Shown: positions 38,455 to 52,074 of the stretch, in pieces
Position numbering within the stretch: position 1 is the first letter of the stretch
Layout: each line of letters starts with the position of its first letter
Source of the DNA: Dicyema japonicum
Lineage: Eukaryota > Animalia > Dicyemida
Length of the DNA: 64,000 nt
Direction of reading: 5' to 3'
Assembly (NCBI GenBank): GCA_011109175.1
Contig: RDEW01000096.1
Span: forward strand, 1-64,000
Made by a program: the position numbers and the translations under genes
The notes under the pieces: model-generated
Database searches by the model: none
What the model was told of the DNA's origin: nothing
The model's input: only the letters and a program-made list of their open reading frames with translations

Positions 38455-39916
38455 ATGAATATAATTCTTGCCATATCCGAGAGCGTTGTGGCAGCTGACC
38501 CAAAAGAATGGGCGAGGCAGGTAGTCCTGCAGGTACGTAGCAAGCTATCCCGAATGCCCTGGAATGGTTGGCCATACTTGGCTGAGCTCTACAGTAGCAG
38601 ATTTAGTACTGCTATATCTGTGAGTGAACTCAAGAAAATGACTGTAGGCAAAGAGGGTACTAGTCTAAAGGGGCGGGGACCAGATGACCACAACCGTCAA
38701 AGACAGCACGAGCACTAGAGCTGTGATACGTTGCAGCTCAAGCATGTTTATGAGATCTTAGCGCGGAATCTCGCTGCAGCGGCAGATGTCCCACTTGAGG
38801 ACCGTAGATTTACCCGCAAGATTCCTCATTGTAAGGTTAACGGAGTAGTGTTAACCTGTATCAATAAGGCTGTGGCTTATGCGGTGGAGACTAAACCAGT
38901 ATGGTCACTGGGTGATATCTCCCTAGTGCTGTATACAGCACAGATCACCTATGAGTTATTGACGGACATGCCCAGACCACCCAGTAAATGGAGTTAGTTA
39001 TGGTGGTTTTATTAGCTACAAGAAATTTGAGGCTGTAGTGAGACATCTCCCTGATTGGAAAACGACAGGTTTGATAAAGTTTATAATTTCTTTTTAAAAG
39101 ATGCACTTCATTACACGAGTCTATGTGTCGTGTATTACAGAAAAGCATCACTAACCCGGAAACCATTCCTGATCGGGCCTGCACCGGGATAACTTATTTG
39201 ATCCCAAAGCGGGACAACCCTCAGTCTGCTGCAGATTATCCACCGATGACCTGCATGCCAACCCTGTATAAACTCATGACCAAATTGGTGGTTAATGAGA
39301 TCAGGAGCTTTGTAGAAGCAAATGGGATTCACTCCGAGAATCAGTTGGGTACTGTGCGAAATTGTCAGGGGGCAAAAGGGCAGGCTTTGATCAACAAGTG
39401 CCTTTCTGTGTATCACGGAAACTCACTTTTGTCTATGTGGGTGGATGTGAAGAATTTAGTTGTTCATTCTTACCTTGTCGAGTGCCTACACAGTCTGTGT
39501 ATGCCTGTGTGGTTCATCAGCTTTGTAGTGGCTGTGATGAATTGGTGGAGTATTCATTGAACTATAATAGGCACCGAATAGGCGAGGTAAAACTAAAGAG
39601 GGGGATCCTTCAGGGGGATAGTATGTCTCCGCTGCTCTTTGTTCTCTGTTTGGAGTCATTGAGTCGCCGCCTCAATGACCGGTTTGAGCGAATACCAGTT
39701 CATTGTGAGGGGGTTTGTTTCAGTACAAATCACCTTCTTTTTATCGATGACCTAAAGATGTATGCTCGAACAGCCGAGGAGCTCTACTTCATATGGGTCT
39801 GTGCCAGGGAATTCTTTGAGAGTATAGGACTAGATTTGAATTATTCAAAGTCTGCGACTAACACGCAAGTATGTAGCGAGTTAGTAATAGTCATCTGGCT
39901 CATCCGAAGGATGTGA
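38455..39916 (+). mobile_element. R4/Dong-clade LINE, degenerate RT region
   Basis: GITYLIPK, YPPMTCMPTLYK, ENQLG, RGILQGDSMSPLLFVL, NHLLFIDDLKMY. Confidence 0.8.
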
Positions 39917-40059
39917 CAAATAGACGCCATCTTGATTCAAGGATATCCAGACTCAATGGTCTTGTATTACATATTTTGTATTATTATTAAGGCACTTTCA
40001 CGAAAGCCATAATGTTTATAGCCCCGCATGTGCAACACTCAAAGAAACAATATTTATAG

Positions 40060-42480
40060 TTAGTCTTTTCCATCTTCCTCTGTCGAATGCGAGTGATCTC
40101 AATTCGTCCAGGTCGTCCCCGTCTTCAGATTTTTTCTCACATGATTTAAGTCTTTGTTTAAGGCTGTCGGAAGTGTCGATCTAGGTCGTCCGCGGAAGAG
40201 TTTTTCGCAACTGCCAAAGTAATCTTCCATCGCTTTGTTAGCGGGTGCGTCCGGTTTCATTCTTAGTACATGCCCAAATAGCCTCCACCGGGCATCTATC
40301 ACATCCTTGCTGATGTACGAACACATACACTTATTGTAAATACCAGTGGTTGATATTCTACGTGGCCAGTCCATTCCAAGTAAGCTTCTTAGTTGCCTTC
40401 TATGGAACGAATCCAGTTTCAATAGTTCGTTAAAAAAACTTCCCCATGTCCCAGCGTTGTACAGTAGGATCGGTTTCACAAACGCGTTGTAAAGCCTGCA
40501 CCTGATGTCAATTCCAAGTCCTTTGGCCCTTAGCCATCCTTTCTTCAGTTTAGCCATTGCCGCATTTGTCAGTGTTTTCCTCCTTAGTACATCTTCAGCG
40601 TTTCCTAGTAGAGAGCCGAGCTTATTATTACGTCTCCATCTTTTATGAGTAATATCGTCTTCTCTTTTGATTTCCGTAATTTCAGTTTTGTTTACATTTA
40701 CGCTGAGAAACCATTTCTCAAGCTCCGCAGGTGCATTTTCTAGCAGGTGTTGGAGTGCGGTCACATCCCGTGATACAAAATCCACATCATCCGCATAAGA
40801 TGTCTCTTCTATGTCTCCTATATAGCATTTACGGAGGTCGCGGAGTGCAGATTCAAGGTATATGGTGAATAGTAAAGGGGAGAGGGAATCACCCTGGGGT
40901 GTCCCAATCGTTGTTTTGAAACTGCGGGAAGTTGCTCCTTGTGTCCTCACAGATAGTCTTGTATTTGCAAGTAGTAGTCTGATTATCCTAACCGACGATT
41001 CATCCAATATTTGCTCAAGCACATTCATCAGTTTCTGTCTGTTTATTGAGTCGAAAGCTCTGGAGAGATCTACTCCCAACACGGTCGCGAGAGATCTACT
41101 CCAATCTTTGGTGCGTTGCGCAGCGCCATCTGTGGCTCCATACAATGTCTGCCGTAGACCTCCCTTCTCGGAACCCACTTTGACTTTCTGGTAGGTATAG
41201 ATCCGCCACACCCTTTATCCGGCTTAGTGCAATGTTTGCCAGCACCTTGCGTATCGATAGTCTGAAGTCTCTGAGTGCCGCCTCCAGATATGTCACAAAA
41301 AGTACCGGTGACAAGGAATCTCCCTGCGGTACCCCGAACGTTGTCTCGAATAGGACAGACTCCAAATTTCCAAAACGTACACATAGCTGCGTTGTTTCAA
41401 GTAATAGACGGATCATTCTGACACTGTCCTCGTCAACCAAATTCTCCAAGATATCGAAAAGTCTCCCTCTGTGTATAAAGTCAAAGGCTTTGGACATGTC
41501 CATGCCAAGGATGCCAGTAGCCCCCTTTGTACTTTTGATGTGTTGCACATAGCCATCGATGTTCCCAGACCACATCAGCTGTAGATCTCCCTGACCTGAA
41601 TTCGCTTTGATTGTGAGAGAGAAAGTTCTCAATGTCAGTCCAATCCTATTCAGCACTATAAGTGATAGTGTCTTGCGTATAGTCGTCAATAGTACGATGG
41701 GTCTTAAATTCGTTAAGGGCCCTTAGCTTTGCCCGGTTTTTGTAGTGCAATAGTGTGCCATTACCCACATCAGGGGTGAGTTGTATTGAATGTTTTGTTG
41801 TATGTCTCAGTTAATAGCTCAGAGATCTCGGTCGGTGCATATTTGAGAAGTTCTGCATTTATGTTGTCAAGGCCAGCAGCTTTATTGTTGTTTAATTTGT
41901 CCAGGGATTTTTTTGTTTCCAGAATCATTATCGAAATACTTAGTTTTCGTGCTTCACCATCGAATTGTTTGATGTTTTCCCCGTGGTTTTAATTGAAGGC
42001 CAGCTGATAATGGCCGATAAAATTTCATTTTTGTTTAACATAGTCTTTCCAAACTGATCATGTGATTTTTGATGACTGCATGTCTCTATGTAGTAGGTGA
42101 ACAGTCTTGAACATCTGCGCTCCGTTTTTAAGCTTTTCTATTTTTCTTTAGCCATTCCAACAAGTTTATTTTTTAATTTTTTCTTTTTTATTTTCCTTCG
42201 TTCTTTTTGTTTTATTTTCCTTTATTTCCTTCGTTCTTTTTGTTTATTTTATAGAGGGTTTGGTTCCGCATGACTCTTAGAGTGTGCTCTTTTGCCTGGT
42301 CCTGACAGGTTTCGACCTGCAAACGTAAGTTCCTCTGCAATTTGGATATTTCTTCAATCTCGTGGTCATAGTGTCCGTTGAAATGCTTCGGTTTTACTCT
42401 AACTGTTGAATGGGCCGCGTACGCATCGATGGTGTCTTGCCACAGCTCCCCAGGTATTTTTTCTTTATTCCACTGTGATC
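40060..42480 (-). mobile_element. Two fused RTE-like LINE pieces (tandem RT cores)
   Basis: The first RT core ends at ..QGDSLSP..AALRDFRLS and is joined to IRKVLANIAL..QSGFREGRSTAD..DLSRAFD..QGDSLSP..YADD..RWRLFGHVLRM. Confidence 0.85.
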
Positions 42481-42619
42481 TTTTCTCTCAATGTATAGCT
42501 TAGATAATAATAATAACTTTGTCAAAATGTTTAATAACCTTTTCAAATGTTTAATAAAAGCCAAATTAAAAAATTAACTTAAAATTATAATTAATGTATA
42601 TTACCAAATTAATTGAATA

Positions 42620-44590
42620 TTACGGTCATGCAAGTGTATGCCCCAACATCCATTGCCAAGGATGACGAAATTGACCAATTTATTATGAATTTCAAGAGGC
42701 ACTAATACCCCAAAAGGACATAACCTACATAATGGGGGATTTCAATTCAAAAGTTGGGTGTATGCCACATACGGATATTGTGGGAAGTTTTGGTTTGGGG
42801 AAAAGAAATGATGCTGGGGATCGACTGGTCCAATTCTGTCAGGAAAATGGATTTCAGATAACTAACACATGGTTCAAACAGCACAAACGACGATTGTACA
42901 CTTGGACGTCGCCAAATGGAATGTCTAGGAACCAGATTGATTATATTTTGTGCGCCAAACGTTGGAAAAGCTCTATAACAGCCGTCAAAACATATCCAGG
43001 GCAGATGTGGAACAGACCATCAGCTACTTGTTGCAAAAATTAGGACGAAATTCAGTAACACTTGGAATACCCCCCGAGTAAAGAAATTCGATGTCTCAAA
43101 CATACCACCAGAATACGCAATGGAAGTTAAGCACAATATTGGATTACTGGATTTGAACGGAAGGATGCCTGATGAATTATGGAATGATATGCAGTTGGTT
43201 ATCAGGAAGCTGCAATAAAACATGTCAAATACAAAACGCCGGCCAAGTGCTCTGAGTAGCTCTCTGCCAACACCCTAAACATTGCTGAGGCTCGTAAAGC
43301 TGCTAAAGTCTCTGGGAATATAGACGAGATAAGAAAACTTAACTCTGAATTCAAAAAGGCTGCCAGGAAGGATAAAGAAGACTACTGGAGTTACACTGCA
43401 AAAAAATGGAAGATTACTATAAGAGAGGTCACACTAGGAATGCATATTTACAAAAAAGATTACGAACCCCCTTTACGAAAATGATGGGCAAAATCAAGGA
43501 CAAGGATGGTGTTGAATTGCTAGGCCAACAGAACATCCGAAATCGTTGGAGAGAATATACGGAACGGGTATATTCAGAAACTGTGTGCCCACTTATATGT
43601 GTTGATAAGCAACGTCGGGTGAGGGGCATAAAATCCTTGAGGAGGAATGCGTGTGGGCTACACGGCAATTAACGGGGAACAAGGCACCGGGGATTGACAA
43701 CATCTCAAGCGAATTGTTGAAGGCTATACCGGTGACAGCTATCACCAGTCTATATTAAAAAATTTGGGAAACTGGTATTTGGCCACGTGAGTGGAAAAGA
43801 TCTATATTTATACCAATACCGAAAAAAGGGGATAGCAAGGACTGTTCAAACTATCGTACAATAGCCTTAATTCCCCACGTGAGCAAAATACTTCTAATGA
43901 TAATACAACATCGTCTAATGCCAAATGCCGAAATGATTCTACCGGATGTCCAAGCAGGATTCAGGAAGGGACGAGGCACACGTGACCATATAGCAAATGT
44001 CCGTTGGATTATGTTAAAAGCCCATGAATCCCAAAAGAGTGTATACATGTGCTTCATTGACTATCGGAAAGCTTTTGATTTCGTTATTCATGACAAGCTG
44101 TGGTCTGCTTTAAAAGAATTTGGATTCGATGCCCATCTGATATTATCAAATCTCTTTATAAGGATCAAGAAGCTACTGTTAGAACAGTGTATGGAGATAC
44201 CGATTGGTTCAAAATTTGTAAAGGAGTAAGACAAGGATGCTTATTATCTCCTATTCAATATTTATGCCGAAATGATCATGACTAAATTGGATACTGTATC
44301 AAATAACGGGATTAAAATTGGAGGCAGGAACATCAATAATTTGCGTTATGCTGACGATACAACCTTACTGACTGAAACAGAGGATGGTACAACCATTATG
44401 CTGAGCAATATTACTGGGAAGAGAAGACCTGGCCGACCAAGAACTCGGTGGCTATCCACGGTGGAAGACGTCACGAGATTGCCTATGTCAAAGCTACTCC
44501 AAATTGCAACGGATCGGGGAGAGTGGAGGAAACTCGTTCATGAGATCTCCAAGGGTCGGACACGACTAAATTGGACAACATAACAAAAAA
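42620..44590 (+). mobile_element. RTE/BovB-like LINE with an internal deletion
   Basis: QVYAPT, MGDFNSKVG, GDRLVQFCQEN, WTSPNG..RNQIDYI, QAGFRKGRGTRDHIAN, FIDYRKAFD, GIKIGGRNINNLRYADDTTLL, GRPRTRW; 3' end gtcggacacgact at 44555-44567. Confidence 0.9.
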
Positions 44591-45139
44591 TCAATAAAGG
44601 TTTCCAAACGATAAGGAGAGGAACTGATACTGGATCTCAAACAAATAGCAGCACAAATAGAAATTTTTTTCTCTTATGTTTCTGAAAGATTTTTTCGAAG
44701 TAACTCCTTTTATTGCTCTTCCAAATTTGGATCCCATATAACAATTCACTCCCATAGCTGAGACAAAGGATTGGAGTGGCCATAGTCTGAAGGAACTCGT
44801 TCGTGATCCACGCAGCATGTTCCTCAATTAACATTTGTTTCTTTGTTAAATCTATAAATTTTTTATAAAAATATAATTTAAAGATGCTTGGAAGTATCTA
44901 TTAGAATGAAATACGGAGCAATTTATCTATTAGGGGCTTTGTAGTCAAGTCGTTTTTTGATTTTTTAATAAAAGTGGGTTTATTTTGGGAAACAAAGGTT
45001 ATCTTTTGCAATTTAATTGACACATAACAAGACTAAAATTGAATATTTAAATTTTACAATTTCTAAATTTAAATTATTTATAAAAAAAAATTAACTTTTT
45101 TTAGAAAAACAATTTATTAACATAAAGTAAAGTTGTTAT

Positions 45140-46120
45140 GACAGGTTTCAATTGTGGCCTGCAGACATTGAGCACAAGGAAGGCCTATGCCGTCGCGGAA
45201 ACGTAGAGGCAAACCCTGGACCAGCCAGAGTAGTTCAACTCAATATGAATGGAATCAAGAACAAGATACTTTCTTGAACGTATTAGAGAGGGCACCGCAT
45301 CGACATGTTGCTAATTCAAAAATCCAAACTTTCCCCCAAATGCAACACCAATATTCCCGGGATTCATAGTCATTCGTCGTGACAGACCTGAGAACCTTGT
45401 GAAGGCCTCACAGTAATTCGCAACGGAATTCCGTTTGAGGAAATACACTCTGCCAAAAAACCGAACAGATATTTTCTTTAATTTTTCCTAAATAAGAATT
45501 AAAAATTCGTAATCTGGTTTGACATTCCACAATAGCTAATTTAGTCTCACACTTTTAAATCTCTCAGAGTATTCTATGAGATGCAAGGCTGCGTGATCTA
45601 AAAACACGTGGGTACAAGCCTTATCAGACTGGGAAAATCAAATTCCATCCCCAGCTATGAGAGGAAGCTTACAACTCTTCCTGATTTCAGAATCAACTAT
45701 GAGCTACTGACCTAACCATCAAAGGCTTTGACCGCCTAGGAAATCAAAACCATCAACATACACGTGACTTTACGTATTTACGCCAGTAATCCACCTAATT
45801 GGCCAGTCTCTGCTAGTCCGGGTTTAATTTATCCTGAGAGTTCCCCCACCGGTGACTCAATTCCATGAAATCAACATGTGGACATTAATAATAAACGAGA
45901 CCCACTATTTCCCGGTAATGTATGACAGAGTCCCCATGTTCGTGGAGAGGGAATCGGAGATCAAATGCGTGCAGTCCTCCACATACTATTCCTCATCCAA
46001 AACCATCCCTCCGAGACTTCTGAGGACATTTCCACAAAATTCCTTATCTTGAGAAAACATCGAGAAGAAAATGAAACACATTTATTATTCTCTTTCCCAT
46101 TCACTCAGATTCCGGACTAC
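45140..46120 (+). mobile_element. Second 2A-like APE LINE copy, degenerate
   Basis: GNVEANPGP (45197-45223) followed by VVQLNMNGIKNKI and HRIDMLLIQKSKLS, homologous to 26581-26700. Confidence 0.75.
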
Positions 46121-46729
46121 AGGTAACTCATAACTAGGGCAGCCAATTGCAATTTTATACAAAAAATTAACGAGTAAATTAATTAAGCCGATTTTAATCC
46201 AGATTTCTTGTAATCCCTTTTATTCTCTTAGAAGAAGAGTGTGGCATCAACTCCCTGTGTCGATGTGAATAAAAGGCAGTCTCGTTTACACGTTTATTCT
46301 TTGATTTACACTAAAGCATTAGTATCGGTTATTACCTCGAATATTCAATCAGGAGACACCACGGAAACATCAGGACTTACATTCTCCGCACACGAGTAAC
46401 TCTACCGTTAAAAACAAGCCAACCTTAGAAAGCATGAGGGGGGTTACTGTAGAATTCATGTATTCAGAGACCATCCCACCCTATGAGAGAACGGCTTTTG
46501 TGAGATCCTTTCGATTTGGGTTGAAAAGTAGCAGACAACCCCACTGAGAATTCCGTCGTGGGCTCCTCCACGGTGAACCACAGGAGTGCTGCTCGATGGA
46601 AGTATTGATGCAGTAACCCCATTATTCTTCGTTTTAAGCTTTTGAAATGAGTTAACGATTTTTAGCCGATCCCTCATCCTAGTTTCTCCAGCATCCTTAC
46701 TAAAAAAGTTGTTAAAGATGCGGTGGGCC

Positions 46730-48940
46730 AATTTTCCCCCGATTTCCTTTAGGAAAAAGGCTGTAATACTTCCGGACGCACCAGACGTCTCGATTGCTAC
46801 CGGTATTAAACGGTAGCGGTCTCCAATTTCGCCATATTTTTTAATCTTGATTTTCTCGGCAGATCGGCTGTCGATCCAGCAGACTGCGCCGAGCTGAGTA
46901 TCATCGAGTTCGAGAAAGAATCCACAACAGTGCAGTCCCATACGAGCGATTTTCCCTCAGTGAACGGAAAGATAGTTAACCCATCCGGTCTTTTCCCATC
47001 TCTGCGGTCCAATCCCACATGCTCCAGTACTGCTGGGAAGCTTGCCGCTTCAAGAGCTCGCATGACAATGTTGTTCATAGCAGCATGGCGGAGTGCTCTG
47101 CCCGCACTCCTTTTTGCACGAGAGCGGGTGCAGCCCTCTGGCATCGACGATCCCTCCACAACGACATTGGTGTTCGACGCAAACATCAACTCCCAGGCGT
47201 GATCCCAATCCGAATACAGTCATCGTCCAAAAGGGTCCCCAGGGAGGAACACGGGAGTGCATTAAGCCACGCTCCGCTACATGGTTGCGGCGGACACGAG
47301 GCATGCAAGACGATGCTGGTTGGCCTCAGACTTTAGCACGTCGAAGATGTTCTTGGAGTAGATATTATCCCAGTTACGTTGCCTCGAAGAATCGTTCGAC
47401 ATTCCAAACCAGTTTCACACCACTCGCGACGAGCTTCGTCGAAGACTCTTTCCCAAGAAAGTCCGGTTGTAAAACGTAGGATATCTTAGACCAAAAGGCT
47501 TCCAATTGAGAGCGATGACACATATGCTGGAAAGGCGATCTCCAGCGCCGACCTGAGAACCCTTCCTCCGCGGCGTGTAGGAAGCTTGCATTGGTTCCAA
47601 CTCGGCACATCTTTCTCCACGGCCCTCAAATTGTGGCGTCATCAAGATACCAGAGGTTTAGTTGTGTGTTTATAGAACTGACAATTTCATCGATGGCAGA
47701 GTGAAGAGTAGTGGACCGACCAAGTGGGTCCCCTTTTTGAACTCCGGTCTCCGAACAGATAATTTTGTCCCCGAAAACCAGTGAAGAATTGGTTCCGTAA
47801 TCGAGGTAGATAAGTGGAATAAGTTCCGGGGCTCGTTTGGTTGTAGTTTCGAAAATTTGATCTCTTCTCAGTGAATTGAAGGCATTGCTGATGTCCAGCT
47901 TGACCCCAATGTGTGGGTTTTGTTCGTCTCTCTGTCCAAAAAAACACCTCGCAGCATGCACTGCCGCCTCGCATCCGTTCCTTACACCAACCCCCAGTTG
48001 GAGGGGGAAAATTCTTCAGATATTCTCGGACAGACAATGCTGCATCCAATTTTTGCTGTCAGTCTTCTGAAATAGTTGCCGACTGCGATGGTTTTTTTTG
48101 AAAGCCAGTAGATGTGCACTGAAAAGAAGCTACCTTGCCTGGAGGAATATCTCCGTTCAAAATACGCATAACCAGTTTTGTAATTGATTTGACAAGGTTG
48201 CAGCCAGCTTCTGCAGTAGCCTCTGACGTAAGATCTTGATGTGACCCAGCCGCAAGCCATCGATACCTCCACTGCTACTCGCCGCAAACGACGAAATGCC
48301 GCGTCGCACTTCGCCTTCGGTGACGGTCATCCTTGACAAATTTCCCGGAAGCACGAATGGGCGGTAATCTGCCGGAGCACATGGATGTTTATGTCTGAGT
48401 AGTTCAGCACCTCAGGTGTCGCAGCCATAACAGTTTCGTCGCTGGCGACGACGCGCAACTCCGTTTGGACGTCGCCTTTGTATAGTTTGCGGTTCACTCT
48501 CTCCAAGTTTCTCCGGGCCATTCAAATAAACCGGAGGATTGGAATCAGAATGTCTTGATTTCTTGACTTCCGTCTTGGTGAGAGAATGCACATAGAAAAC
48601 CTAGATGTTCTTTTTCATTTTTGAGGAAAGGGAGTTCCCAAGTGTCGTGCTTTCTTTTGTATTAATCTCCTTTTGAGTCGATAAATGGAATTCCAAGGGC
48701 CATCGGAGCAAAACTGAGGAATTTTAGCCAGGCCTCCAGGTCGTCGGACGTGAGAGCATCGTCAATTGCAGAGGCCAGACATGTAGCCGCGGGGATCCGG
48801 ACGGGTCTTGGGATCCTGATTGGGATCTTCCTGGCTTTCCCTAGATCCGACATAAATACTAGTGCTGAGAAACTGAGGAAATGTAGTTACTTTGGGCTTT
48901 GGTCCGCCTTTCACCCCATCTCGGATGAGACGTCAGAATG
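46730..48940 (-). mobile_element. Second CRE-clade element, degenerate, 3'-truncated
   Basis: IPIRIPRPVRIPAA, SSSGGIDGLR, KLDISNAFNS, GVQKGDPLG, WYLDD, HQCRCG, RHAAMN, DGKRPDGLT, WDCTVVD. Confidence 0.88.
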
Positions 48941-48969
48941 ATTGGCCCCAGCACAGCAAACAAAGTTTA

Positions 48970-49250
48970 TCAGGTTGAAAGAGTACACAGTTTCCGTACA
49001 CAAACCACTTTCGTCTCCTTACAACGCCTAGCAACGAATCCCAACCTGAGGCTACCGCTATAAAGCCTTCCTAGTCCCACCAGTAGACTTACAGGAGCGT
49101 GTTTAAACAGGGCCATGGGGATCTTGCCTCGGCCTGGCGCGTTTTCCTTAGATTTGAGAATAGCAGCTAGGAAATCTTCCATGGTTATTGCCTGGAAAGC
49201 AGGGCGTGAGCCCCCTTAAAGTCTGCGTCTCTCCGAAGAAATAACACCCT
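48970..49250 (-). mobile_element. APE-type LINE fragment (linker just before RT)
   Basis: ITMEDFLAAILKSKENAPGRGKIP..FKHAP. Confidence 0.6.
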
Positions 49251-50359
49251 GCACGCAATGACGTTCAGACTCCTCGACAAATTAATTTGGACTAACAGTC
49301 GAGATGGATCGAAAATTGCTGCGAATATCTCCAAAATTTCTGCCGGGTTTTAGAGCAATCCGAACGATACAAGGTACGCGCAGACGTATCCTCCCCTCTA
49401 CCCGACACCTCTTAACGAGTATTAAAGAAAACTCCGAGACAAAAATTAAAAAAGTTAAAAATAATTGTACCAATTTTTGTTCGTACTTAAGTCTAATAAA
49501 CAAAAACCTCATGACAGAGTACGATACCGTCATGACAGAGTACGATCTCTAGATAAGAGACCTCCAAACACTGATAGTCAAATTATGGTTGTAGGGTTAA
49601 CTATGCCATGTGGCGCCAACGTTATTGCGATGCTATGTGGCTACTTGAATTGAAGATTTTGTTTGTTTCTTCACAACGAGACCAATGCTCAATGGTATCA
49701 AAATTAGTGGCCAATATTTGGGAGACTCCAAGGATACCAAGAAATGGATAAACTCGTTTAAGCAATGTGTAAAATGATAAATTTACCCCTGATGTCACCT
49801 GTTTCTTGAATGTTTAACAATAAAGGAAACGTCAAAGTCAGAAAACACGTGGAGGAAGACCATTTTGTGAAGTACCGGAATCATAGTAACTCCTTTTCTC
49901 TTGACTCAGGGATTAAACTCCTTGCAGACGAGTAAATGTTTTGTTATCTTTTTAGTGGAGTTGAATACTTGACAACTTGGGTTTTTATATACCCAATTTT
50001 ATACGAGTATGAGCGGAGATTCTGGTGATTAAGAGTTCTTATTCTGTATAATCATGTGTTTTGACTATTTAGCGATAAAAAAGGAAGGAAAACAAGTTGA
50101 AACGATGCCGGGAATTTCCAGAATTAAGTTTCATGAAAGTGAAAATTAAACTAATGTTGTAATCTTCAGTATTTTTTATCTAAACTGTGTTAGGCATCAA
50201 AAAAACGTGATTAGTGATTACTTTTTTGATTTTATTGTCAAAATTGGTATGCAAACAAAAATTGGTGTAAATCTTATAAAATACTTTTACACATAATAAT
50301 TATTACCAAATAATGATTTTATGTAAAAATACACAAAATTATTCATAAACTTTTGGTAA

Positions 50360-50610
50360 TGGAACCCTTGAGAAGGACCCTTAAAGCAAGTTGAAGTTGA
50401 GAAACTTCACAAATATGACTTGCAAATGAACTTTGGCTGCTCTATGAATGCCAAGTGAAGATTATTCCAGTGGTTTTGACATGGGAAGTTGTCTCAAGAT
50501 GCTTCAAGAATCATTTGGATATATTATCTATTGAAGAATCAACGAGGACTTACATCCAATCGGTTGTGCTGAATAGAACGCTCGAAAGTATGATCATAAG
50601 CATGGAATGA
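50360..50610 (+). mobile_element. R4-like LINE RLE C-terminus
   Basis: LKQVEVEKLHKYD..NEL..VKIIPVVLTW..YIQSVVLNRTLES. Confidence 0.7.
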
Positions 50611-52074
50611 GGGTATACGATGAAGAGTACGCCTCTGCTACCTCCCAACTTGTGGAACTGGCATGCCGTGAGGACAGCCCACTGGACTCTAACGGAGATA
50701 TTTTGACTGAATATGATGTGGAGTAACAGGGAGGTTATGGCACACTCTTCTAAGAGAAGAGGGATTACCAACAATTTGGATCAAAATACGCTTAATTAGT
50801 TAATTTACTCGTTAATATTTAATAATCAAATAATATTCATAAACTTTAGTATTAATTTGTAATAAACATGACAGCACCTGTCAAATAACACAATGATTAT
50901 TATTAATAAATGTGAGGTTAGCTCGTCAGTTCTATGGATTATTTGGTTAAGTTTTCAACAGGCGATTTCACTTTGGAGCCAATTAACTAAGGTCTTGGCA
51001 ATTTTTAAAATTCAGTGAATAAACCTTCTTCTATTTATTGAATTGTCTTCCAATATGTTGTTTCCCGGCTTGAAAAACTTTTGAGCACATCTTTTCCAGT
51101 TTACTGTTTCTTGTATATTTCCTCAAATACTTTGAAAATTCTGCGACCTCCTCCGAATCTAGTAATTCTTTTCTCGTTCATCAGACACTTCTTAGCTGAT
51201 TTTGTATGCTTCCATAAATCCTCCAGAGCAGATACGTCTAGTAAGTGAACTGAGTCTTGGTTATTCTTTTTTATGACTGGCTGACTCCACAAATTTTCTG
51301 TCGTAAATTCCTTTCTTGTATTGGAGGTTTGTTTCTCTTCATATTTTTGTGAATTGTTTCTTTAAACAAAATGTGGCAATATTTTTTTTCTTATAAAAAC
51401 CCGGTTTTAATAATTATGTGACAGCTGGGTTCTAGATTTCTGAAATTTCTTCGAATAGCAACTGGCTCGTCTTTCGACTTACATTTTTGGATAAAAATCA
51501 ATACAGACATAATTAGAGAGAATTAGATATTAATGGGATACCAGATGCTAAAGCAATATTATTCGTTCGACTACTTTGAGCATATCAATAACGCGGGAAC
51601 TCCAGTATAATAAACAAAGGGAAACCTAACAATCGTTTGTAGGGAAATCAATAAAGTTGAAAATGATGGAAAACCAATATCGATTTGGTTGGCAAATAAA
51701 TATGAAGGATTTTGAAATACTGGAATACATGTGAAGTTGAAATAATGGTCATGTGTTAGGATTTATACGTCATCAGCTCATTAATTTGAATGCAATCTGA
51801 TTCCGCATATTGACATTATTTCAATTTCACTAAAATAACATTATATGAACTATCACCACCTTATATTGTCAAATCTTAGAAGTAAAATATAGGGCAGTAA
51901 GTATGTCAAAGTGTGTCAAATATGCACATTTTATTTGATTTTGGGTTTACCATACTAAAAATTGATTTAATATAAATAATATATAAATTATCAATTAATA
52001 CTATAATGATTTTTATAAAATAATCTTTCAGATTTGTGAAGTAACAATAAAAACCAGAAAGTAGCCCGAAGATA

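Noticed and set aside
10031-48941. Antisense ORFs over LINEs (e.g. 10031-10423, 11430-11750, 21542-21943, 40862-41194, 41232-41552, 46930-47479)
   Set aside because: Shadows of the real coding strand, with no independent motifs.
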